From a virus, in the IMG/VR virus record IMGVR_UViG_3300021197_001752, positions 64,001 to 128,000 of that record: a stretch of 64,000 bases of DNA. One strand, written 5' to 3'. A program made the translations under genes and the position numbers. The notes below the pieces were generated by a model. That model saw only the letters and a list, made by a program, of their open reading frames with translations. It was not told where the DNA came from and did no database searches. Shown here piece by piece: positions 56,955-64,000 of the stretch. The first letter of the stretch is position 1. Each line of letters begins with the position of its first letter.

Positions 56955-57326
56955 TTAGCCCCAGTCGTCTTCGTCTGGTAGACGGCGACCTGACTCTTTG
57001 GTTAGCATCTGAGCGGCTTCCACAGCTATTTGCTCGTCTGCGCCTTGGTCCTCTAGTTCCTTCTTGAACTCCATAAACACACCAGTGGTTGCTTTAAAAC
57101 GTTCATCGCTCAGCATCGCCTTTTGACCGTCGCTGAGAGTCTTGCCTAGAGCCACAGCCCTAAGGACATAAGTGTATTGGTATGTCTCTTTGTCAGTCAT
57201 TTCTTCCTTATCCAAGCCAAGCTCCTTGAGGATTGCTTTGACAACCTCGTCTCGACGCTCAAGCTGGTTACCTTTATATGTGACTTCTGTAATATACTTG
57301 CGCCACTCTGATAATAATTCTTTCAT
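56955..57326 (-). CDS. Protein with MKELLSEWRKYITE leader
   Basis: Second leader type, ending in Glu. Confidence 0.7.
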   Translation of the reverse strand: MKELLSEWRKYITEVTYKGNQLERRDEVVKAILKELGLDKEEMTDKETYQYTYVLRAVALGKTLSDGQKAMLSDERFKATTGVFMEFKKELEDQGADEQIAVEAAQMLTKESGRRLPDEDDWG

Positions 57327-57427
57327 CAACATGCCCCTTCGCAGCTAGCGCAAGCGCAACAGCCGCAGCAGCAGCAACAGTGGCTGCTATTGAATAGATT
57401 AACTAATTTGTGTAATAGGTTTTTCAT
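57326..57427 (-). CDS. 33-aa peptide with 10 Cys (metallothionein-like), not in ORF track
   Basis: MKNLLHKLVNLFNSSHCCCCCGCCACASCEGAC; ATGA overlap upstream and TGATG overlap downstream. Confidence 0.7.
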   Translation of the reverse strand: MKNLLHKLVNLFNSSHCCCCCGCCACASCEGAC

Positions 57428-57693
57428 GAGTCCATCTCCAAGGCTAACATGATCTCGTCCATTGCCTTAGAGATGCTCCTAGCAGCATCATCAAGATAAC
57501 TCTGCGCATCTTGGATTGGAACACTGCCACCCATCTTATCAACAAGGTCGTTTGAAAGTGAACCGATCTTTTGACGCATCTCCATTAAAGCTGCAACATG
57601 TGGCTGGTCTGCGTGAGGGTTTTTACCAAGGTCAGCGTAGCGCCCGACCTCTTCTTTGATAATCTGCCTTAGCTTTGCTTTGGTGATCTTCAT
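57424..57693 (-). CDS. MKITK-leader protein
   Basis: MKITKAKLRQIIKEE. Confidence 0.75.
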   Translation of the reverse strand: MKITKAKLRQIIKEEVGRYADLGKNPHADQPHVAALMEMRQKIGSLSNDLVDKMGGSVPIQDAQSYLDDAARSISKAMDEIMLALEMDS

Positions 57694-57694
57694 T

Positions 57695-57934
57695 CTAGAC
57701 GTCCATCTTGCTCATATCGATATCGCCAGCAGGCTCACCGCTTGGCTTCGTTCCGCCATGGCGATTCTGCATAGCCAGAAGATCATCCATAATCTCTGGT
57801 GTTCCGCCCATCTCTTGGGCTACTCGCATAAGCTCTTGGAACAGCACTTCCATTTGTGTGCTGTACTCTTCGTTGAGTTCTTTAGCAACTTCTTCTTTAA
57901 TGATTTCTTTGAGTTGTTCTTTAGTAATCTTCAT
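57695..57934 (-). CDS. MKITK-leader protein
   Basis: MKITKEQLKEIIKEE. Confidence 0.75.
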   Translation of the reverse strand: MKITKEQLKEIIKEEVAKELNEEYSTQMEVLFQELMRVAQEMGGTPEIMDDLLAMQNRHGGTKPSGEPAGDIDMSKMDV

Positions 57935-57979
57935 TTAGTAAATCCCCTTTGGGCACCATGTGGGTGCGGTAATACAATA

Positions 57980-57987
57980 TAAATAGT
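57980..57987 (-). promoter_or_regulatory. Putative late-promoter motif ACTATTTA heading the MKITK array
   Basis: Same motif at 9307, 20513, 45401, 50348 and 52830; variants at 4417, 11435, 15092, 18769, 37272(+). Confidence 0.6.
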
Positions 57988-57996
57988 TGCTATATG

Positions 57997-60900
57997 TTAT
58001 AAAAGCCTAAGATTATGCTTGATACTATAGGTACTAAATCCCCATCGTGGTTCGTGCTTGAGCTTGCCAACGTAAATACGATTAGTTTTAATGATGTCCG
58101 TGTCTTTCACACCCCAGCATTTGATCTGCTCATCCGCCCCGTTGTGATCGGTGACTGACACAATATAATATTTCTTACCGTGCTTTGTCTTCTTGACTTT
58201 AATCTCTCTTGGGATGAACCAACAAAGAATCAATTCTGGATCATACTCGGAAATCGGTGGGCAGCCTTTGTTCATAAGAGACTCCCGTGTAAAGTCATCC
58301 ATGATAAGGTCAATAGGATAGATACCTGTTAGAGTCGTTAGATGCTCTATCTTTTCTTCCTTTGTGAAGCTACCTTCATCTTTATATGTTTCGATATTTT
58401 CATTTAGGTTCTTCTCCTTGCGTGGACGATCGACAGCCACAGAAGACCAAAAGTGCTTCATGCCTGTGAAGCGATCATCCATCAACTCATTGAGCGCCTG
58501 GCTGCGCACTAGGACGTCCAACGCCTTCTTGTTGAGCTTGGAGTACGTAATGTCTTCATTGAAAATAAACTCTTCAATCTTGTTGAAGGGTCGATTATCT
58601 AGGATCTGCTGAATGGCTGTTGAGCCCAAGCCCTTGATCGCAGTCAATGGTTGGATCAAGTTCTTGCCGTCGGCGTCAATCTCCCAAACCATCCCTGACT
58701 TGTTGATGCTAGCAGGAACAATATTGAACCCAAACTTCTTAGCTGTGTTGATTGCTGCCATCTTGCGCTTTTCTGGTTCTTTATCTAAGAACGCTGCGAT
58801 CCACTCGGTCGGATAGTAATGTGCCAACCAAGCGCACTGGAACGACACTGCCCCATACGAAACTGCGTGTGACAGGTTGAAGCCATAGCCTGAGAAGAAT
58901 ACCATCTTTGCCCAAAGGTCTTTAGCAACCTGCTCCGATAGTCCCTTATCATTACAACCTTTGAGGAACTTAGCATAGATCTTCTCTCTTACACTGTCCT
59001 TGCCCGTACCACGCTTAGTAAGAACTTTGCGGAGGAGGTTCCCTTCGTCTAGTGTGATGTTGTCTCCCAGCTTGTGAGCCAGCATAGCCAACTGCTCTTG
59101 GAACACTAACAGTCCGTATGTATCCCCTAGCACTTCTTCAATAAGCGGGTGCTTATATACTACCTGATCTGGATTACTCTTGTTGGCGATATACATCTGA
59201 TCTGCTTTTGCCGACAAAGGTCCTGGTCTAAAGATCGCCGTGATGGCTGCAAAGTCCATAAGTGACTCTGGCTTGGCTTCTTGACAGAAGGCCTGTGCAG
59301 GTCCACTAGTCATTTGAAAGACGCCTGCCCACTTGCCCTTATGGAAGATGTTCTCCCAGACTGCCTGGTCATCAAAGTCAATCACATTAGGATGAAGTTG
59401 CTCGTCGTAGAAGGCACGTACCTGCTCAAACGTTGGATCTTCAATACCGTGGTGGCGCTTCAAGACGTGGCGAATTGCTCCCGAGATCATGCGGAGAGTT
59501 GATAGCCCAAGCAAGTCAAACTTAATAAACCCTAGCGGTTCCAAGTGTCGAACGTTCTGACCCTCGCTCCATGGAGTCTGCATCACGCCACCTGAGTTGA
59601 TCAATGGCATATGCTTATCTAGATTCTCTGCCACTACGATACCGCCTGCGTGCCTACTAACACTGCGGACATTACCAAACAGGTTATCAACATGTGTAGC
59701 AATATGCGGATACTTATCAAAGAACTCCTGAAGCGTTTCGCTATATTCTTTTACCTCATCAAACGTTGGAACATAAACGCCCGCTGTTTGTCCGTGCGCT
59801 GCCTTAGCCTTGGGGGTAGCCTCGCTCATCATGACGCCCGTAACTTTATTCACCTCTGCAAAGGGGACGCCATAGAACTTGCCAATGTCCTTGATAAGTG
59901 AGCGCAACTGTAGTGTATTGAAGTTGCTAATTGGTACGACGTTGACGCCGAGCTTGCCCCACTCTTCTGCTAGCTGCTCCTTGAGTTGCATTGGCTCCTC
60001 AACATCGAAATCAATATCGGGATAGCCTTTGCCGCCCTTGGTCAAGAACCTCTCGAACTGAAGGCTGTACTTGATCGGATCAACCTGGGTAATGTCTAGG
60101 ACGTAGGATAGCAACGATCCTGCTGCCGAGCCTCGCCCGAGACCAACAAGCATCTCCTCTTGTGCCCTATCGCTAATAGCCTTCATAGTCAAAAAGTATT
60201 GGGCGAAGCCACGGTCCTTGATGACAGACAACTCATACTTGAGCCGCTCGACATACTCTGGATCTTTTAGGTCTTTCTCCTTTAGTCCCTTCAAAGCCTG
60301 CCTTGTTAGTGTTTCCATCGCTGTCGTGCCCTCTGGAACAACAAAGTCTGGCAACCGCACCTGACTATCTGGAAGGAAGTCTTCAATCCGATCGTATGCA
60401 ATATGATGTGTGCGCTCGATGCTGGCACGGACAAAGCTGTCATCATACTCAATCTTAGATCGCCCTGCATATTTCTCATATGCCTCCCACATCTGATCAC
60501 CGTTGCGAGGATACAACTCGTAGCCGATCTCCTCTACCGATTCTGGTAGTCGATGGGCGTCCTGATCTTCATAAGGAGCTTTACCTCCCCACCCAATGCG
60601 GCGATACATCTCACGGTCCTTCCACAACTCTGGTCGTGGGTAGTGACTGTCGGATGTACTGATAACCTCTGCGCCCATCTCTGTGCAAGCTTGGATGATT
60701 AGATCGTTGACAATGTGCTGCTCGGAAATATCGTTCCACTGGATCTCCCCATAGAACCTATCACCAAAGATGTCTTGAAACTCACCGATCGTCTGGCGCA
60801 TCGATGCTAAAACCATATCTGCGTCGTACTCGTGTGTGACTGGATCACGGTGTTTCCAAAAGTCCCCAAAGAGCGGTCCCGACATGCAAGCACTGCTGAC

Positions 60901-61425
60901 GATCAACCCCTCATTATGCTTGTCCAACATCTCAAAGTCAATGCGGGGGTAACGGTAAAAATTCTCGGGACGGTAACTGTCCGATACAAGCTTGAATAGA
61001 TTATTCAAACCGACTTGGTTCTGCGCTAGGATGACCAAGTGCCTGCGGATGTTGAGGGGGTTGAACTTCTTTTGCCTGTTCTCATCCTCGACAACCATAG
61101 CAAACTCTTCTTTCTTCTGGCGCTTGCTGTTGGCTTTATGTTCTTCGTACTGCTGCCGCCACTTCTTATGCGACTTAATAAAGTAAGCCTCGCAACCGTA
61201 GATGGCTTTGAACTCCTTACCTTCCTCACGCATCTTCTTAAGATGCTCAACCTGAAATGATAGCCCGTTCATATGACCATGGTCTGTGAGCGAGTGGGCG
61301 TTCATCCCATTCTCAAAGGCGAAGTCCATATGTTCGCCTGGCATACCTAAGCCATCAAACGGGGAAAGTCCTGAGTGGGCGTGGAGTCCCACAAAAGGAA
61401 TCTTGCTCTCGATTCGTTTTGTCAT
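57997..61425 (-). CDS. dnaE: DNA polymerase III alpha subunit (family C)
   Basis: PHP HAHS, TDHG, SDSHY; GRGSAAGS, FERFL, PDIDFD, HAGG, KFDLLGL, FQEQ, YGFNLSHA. Confidence 0.97.
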   Translation of the reverse strand: MTKRIESKIPFVGLHAHSGLSPFDGLGMPGEHMDFAFENGMNAHSLTDHGHMNGLSFQVEHLKKMREEGKEFKAIYGCEAYFIKSHKKWRQQYEEHKANSKRQKKEEFAMVVEDENRQKKFNPLNIRRHLVILAQNQVGLNNLFKLVSDSYRPENFYRYPRIDFEMLDKHNEGLIVSSACMSGPLFGDFWKHRDPVTHEYDADMVLASMRQTIGEFQDIFGDRFYGEIQWNDISEQHIVNDLIIQACTEMGAEVISTSDSHYPRPELWKDREMYRRIGWGGKAPYEDQDAHRLPESVEEIGYELYPRNGDQMWEAYEKYAGRSKIEYDDSFVRASIERTHHIAYDRIEDFLPDSQVRLPDFVVPEGTTAMETLTRQALKGLKEKDLKDPEYVERLKYELSVIKDRGFAQYFLTMKAISDRAQEEMLVGLGRGSAAGSLLSYVLDITQVDPIKYSLQFERFLTKGGKGYPDIDFDVEEPMQLKEQLAEEWGKLGVNVVPISNFNTLQLRSLIKDIGKFYGVPFAEVNKVTGVMMSEATPKAKAAHGQTAGVYVPTFDEVKEYSETLQEFFDKYPHIATHVDNLFGNVRSVSRHAGGIVVAENLDKHMPLINSGGVMQTPWSEGQNVRHLEPLGFIKFDLLGLSTLRMISGAIRHVLKRHHGIEDPTFEQVRAFYDEQLHPNVIDFDDQAVWENIFHKGKWAGVFQMTSGPAQAFCQEAKPESLMDFAAITAIFRPGPLSAKADQMYIANKSNPDQVVYKHPLIEEVLGDTYGLLVFQEQLAMLAHKLGDNITLDEGNLLRKVLTKRGTGKDSVREKIYAKFLKGCNDKGLSEQVAKDLWAKMVFFSGYGFNLSHAVSYGAVSFQCAWLAHYYPTEWIAAFLDKEPEKRKMAAINTAKKFGFNIVPASINKSGMVWEIDADGKNLIQPLTAIKGLGSTAIQQILDNRPFNKIEEFIFNEDITYSKLNKKALDVLVRSQALNELMDDRFTGMKHFWSSVAVDRPRKEKNLNENIETYKDEGSFTKEEKIEHLTTLTGIYPIDLIMDDFTRESLMNKGCPPISEYDPELILCWFIPREIKVKKTKHGKKYYIVSVTDHNGADEQIKCWGVKDTDIIKTNRIYVGKLKHEPRWGFSTYSIKHNLRLL

Positions 61426-61451
61426 GTGCAACCTTTACTTTGCTTTTTTAT

Positions 61452-61480
61452 ATTATACTATTCTTCTTCGGATTTGTCAA
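61452..61480 (-). promoter_or_regulatory. Perfect-consensus sigma70 promoter for dnaE
   Basis: TTGACA-N17-TATAAT, overlapping the end of the upstream gene. Confidence 0.85.
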
Positions 61481-61835
61481 GCTCTTCTTTTTTACCGAAG
61501 ACTTCTTTGGTGCCATCTTGATATGTGATGATCGTCTGATTGGCTGGATGTGGTTCAATGTGAACCTTCACGAAGTCGCTCATACTATCAAAGATAGCGA
61601 TACCGCCACGGGGTGGAGGATAAAGCCAATGGACAACACATTGACCTGTTGCCATCTTCACTCCCTCGATTACCACGCCTTCGCCTGAGACTCCTGTTTC
61701 GTCTGCCTGGCGATATACTGTGAAACTAGTAATCCCTCTAGGTGCCAACTTTGAAGGTGGCTTAGGAATTAAGTCATCTGGCAATTCTTCGTCCGATACT
61801 TTATTTTCTTCATCTGACATTTTCATTTCCTCCAT
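61458..61835 (-). CDS. Phage hypothetical protein
   Basis: R..DETGVSGEGVV.EGV...G..V.HW motif. Confidence 0.75.
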   Translation of the reverse strand: MEEMKMSDEENKVSDEELPDDLIPKPPSKLAPRGITSFTVYRQADETGVSGEGVVIEGVKMATGQCVVHWLYPPPRGGIAIFDSMSDFVKVHIEPHPANQTIITYQDGTKEVFGKKEELDKSEEE

Positions 61836-61839
61836 GGGT

Positions 61840-62076
61840 CTACAACAAAGCAGCAGTAACGATTTTGTTTAATCTGTTCTTGCAAACTGTTCTGACCTCA
61901 TCTCCTCGGTAAATTTCTTTCCTGTGTTCGGGCTGATTCCAATACTCATACATATCGTCTTCCACCCAATCTATCCTAAGGCTAGACCATGAGTCATCGC
62001 CCTCTGCAATACTTTTAATTATGCCGAGTCTCAATAAACCGTTATGGTCTTGCCAAACAACGTCGCCGATGTTCAT
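61840..62076 (-). CDS. Small KOW/SH3-like protein
   Basis: MNIGDVV...LGII...IDW. Confidence 0.6.
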   Translation of the reverse strand: MNIGDVVWQDHNGLLRLGIIKSIAEGDDSWSSLRIDWVEDDMYEYWNQPEHRKEIYRGDEVRTVCKNRLNKIVTAALL

Positions 62077-62077
62077 G

Positions 62078-62878
62078 TTATCCGATCAACCTTCCTATGT
62101 CCGAAGTGATTGCTAATGCCATTATTCCTACCACAAATGCTAAACCGACATAGGACAACCAAGTACGAGTTTTGTACTTGACCTTTCGCCCCATGACTGC
62201 CTCTGTTATAGAGAATACCACATGTCCGCCATCTAGTAAAGGGATTGGTAACAAATTAATTAAACCTAAGTTAATACTCAAGAAAGCTATCCACTGATAT
62301 ATAAAGCCATTGTCTTTAGTTTGGGTTGATCTTGCCTGTGCCTGCTCTGTGATCTCATAGATAGCTACGGGTCCGCCAACGTCTTTTACTGACACCCCTC
62401 TTTCCTTGATCACATCTATTGCCTTGTATATAGTATAATACATCTTGTGTGTTGTGTCAACACTTGCTTTCCAAGCGTATGGCGCACTAACCGTGCCCAC
62501 GTTTGAACCATCTGGTGCCTTCACATCTGGCCAAGGCATTCCCCAAAGGTACAAAAAGAATATAGCATAAGGTAGGGCGAGGTTAGTGACGGGTCCTGCT
62601 AAAGCAGTTATCATTCTTTTAAGTGGGTGTACCGCCCAAAAGGATCTAGGATTCCTTGTTGCATTATTATAATCCTCTTCTCCCTCGAACTTAACATAGC
62701 CGCCAAGAGGCAATATACCAAGAGACCACTTGTTGCCAAATGCATTGAATGAAAAAATTTTCGGTCCAAAGCCCACTGAGAACTCTTTGATGCCGATGCC
62801 GCATAATCGACCGACAACATAATGCCCCAACTCATGAATGAAAACTAATGATAATATTATTACTAATAAGAGAAGCAT
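62078..62878 (-). CDS. Site-2 (M50) intramembrane zinc protease, RseP-like, no PDZ
   Basis: HELGH, FSVGFGP, PLGGYV, AGPVTN, GPVAI, NLLPIPLLDGGH. Confidence 0.93.
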   Translation of the reverse strand: MLLLLVIILSLVFIHELGHYVVGRLCGIGIKEFSVGFGPKIFSFNAFGNKWSLGILPLGGYVKFEGEEDYNNATRNPRSFWAVHPLKRMITALAGPVTNLALPYAIFFLYLWGMPWPDVKAPDGSNVGTVSAPYAWKASVDTTHKMYYTIYKAIDVIKERGVSVKDVGGPVAIYEITEQAQARSTQTKDNGFIYQWIAFLSINLGLINLLPIPLLDGGHVVFSITEAVMGRKVKYKTRTWLSYVGLAFVVGIMALAITSDIGRLIG

Positions 62879-63345
62879 TGAAAGTCACCATACCTTTGTA
62901 TTTTATTTTTGTCATCTTTTCGCACAGGTATTTCGGGTAGCCCGTAACCTGGTATTATCCATCTTTCTTTTGGCTTACATTCAATTGGCTGCCAAAACTT
63001 CAGATGATTATGAATTTTCTTATTCTCTTCTTTTAGTTTATTTATATCATTGCTCTGCTGAGTGATTACTCTCTCCAGATTAAGCACTGCGTGGCTTGCA
63101 GCTTTATGCAAATTCTCTTCTAAATTTATCTGATTATAAAGATAAAGCAAGAATCCCATAAAAACAGCACAAACTATTATGGCTACTACTGATGTCCACA
63201 TAGCCGCAGAAAGATAGTTTGGCTTTGATACTGGCTCTGGTGTGACGTCATAAAACTGTGGCTCTTGATCTTGAACAGAAGCATAAGCGTTCTCTTTCAT
63301 CCTTCTGTAAGCTTCCCGTTCTCTATCGTTCATGGGCGGCATCAC
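62863..63345 (-). CDS. Single-pass membrane protein with coiled coil
   Basis: One TM helix; lies between the two protease genes. Confidence 0.6.
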   Translation of the reverse strand: MMPPMNDREREAYRRMKENAYASVQDQEPQFYDVTPEPVSKPNYLSAAMWTSVVAIIVCAVFMGFLLYLYNQINLEENLHKAASHAVLNLERVITQQSNDINKLKEENKKIHNHLKFWQPIECKPKERWIIPGYGLPEIPVRKDDKNKIQRYGDFQCFSY

Positions 63346-64000
63346 GGTCTCGGGGGCTCAATGGTTTTTATTTCTGTAGAGTCCAAGCTCATGTTCTTTC
63401 TTGCCCACAGGTCCATTTCCGAAGAGACTACTGTATCAATCACAAATGTACGTATTGAATTCAGGTTCGATCCTAGACCTACACTCTCCATAGCTGGGAA
63501 GCCTGCAAAGATCATTGACACCAATTCACCCTTTGCATTAAGGATAGGTGACCCACTAGACCCTGGCTTTGTGGGTAATGTGAAAAACATATAACTTTTG
63601 TATCCTACGCCAGCATAATAGCCATCGAACATAAGCAGCATCCCTGGTCCAAATATGCCCCTTGGTGCTGCTGGGTTGTATACCTTCTCGCCCATTCTTG
63701 GCATCTTCTTAGAGATTGGTATTACCCTAGGGCGATGGCGAGCCTTGTAACCAGTAACCTTCAGCACGCATACATCAGCGGTCATATCATATGCAACAAT
63801 CTCTGCCCCCTTTAGAACACCCCGATAAGATAGTGTAACGTATGTACTAGCCACTGTAGTCAAGGAGAAGCCATCAATTTTCTTATCTTTTATTTTCTTC
63901 TGACAAGAGTGACCCGCTGTCAAAGCATACGCTATCGTAGGGTCTACATCACTATGACCTATGATAGCCCCTGAGGAAGTATATCTAACAGCACCGACTG
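63342..64000 (-). CDS. Trypsin-like serine protease (5' end off window)
   Basis: LTAGH, D, PGSSGSP triad motifs; frame open to window edge. Confidence 0.9.
   Translation of the reverse strand, partial: VGAVRYTSSGAIIGHSDVDPTIAYALTAGHSCQKKIKDKKIDGFSLTTVASTYVTLSYRGVLKGAEIVAYDMTADVCVLKVTGYKARHRPRVIPISKKMPRMGEKVYNPAAPRGIFGPGMLLMFDGYYAGVGYKSYMFFTLPTKPGSSGSPILNAKGELVSMIFAGFPAMESVGLGSNLNSIRTFVIDTVVSSEMDLWARKNMSLDSTEIKTIEPPRP

Noticed and set aside
1-64000. Stop-codon reassignment, introns/inteins, reverse-transcriptase systems (DGR, retron)
   Set aside because: Known genes are full length with all three stops in use; no suppressor tRNA, RT or intein motif found by eye
1-64000. Bacterial chromosome origin (dnaE, groEL, clpP, ssrA, tilS)
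   Set aside because: These genes are divergent, lack their usual operon partners, and sit among fibre genes and dense one-strand small ORFs typical of large phages

Overview
This window is a gene-dense 64-kb segment of a large (jumbo-like) tailed dsDNA bacteriophage genome. It uses the standard genetic code, and every convincing gene but one lies on the minus strand. From left to right it holds: two glycosyltransferases, a Cas4/RecB-like exonuclease, PIN-PhoH and a complete tmRNA (tag ANDDFQLALAA); a ligase-like/HIGH-nucleotidyltransferase fusion and a block of fibre-like virion proteins; four tRNAs with an embedded minimal TilS; many small accessory genes (SLT lysozyme, PilX-like pilin, stand-alone Smr, about a dozen KOW/SH3-like miniproteins); an AAA+/vWA-metallopeptidase pair flanked by two unusual non-coding regions; PD-(D/E)XK and DUF262-HNH nucleases, a histone-H1-like Hc1, dUTPase, two methyltransferases, a J-domain protein, glutaredoxin, PMM, SNase, GroEL, a Mom-like enzyme, ClpP and IMPDH/GMPR; a tandem array of unrelated proteins sharing an N-terminal MKITKxxLxxIIKEE leader, with a hidden 33-aa 10-Cys peptide inside it; and finally DnaE, an RseP-like protease and a trypsin-like protease. 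Two promoter classes can be read directly from the DNA: six near-identical sigma70-type promoter+RBS cassettes (putative early) and a recurring CTAYTTA motif (putative late). All functional calls come from motif recognition by eye; no database searches were run.
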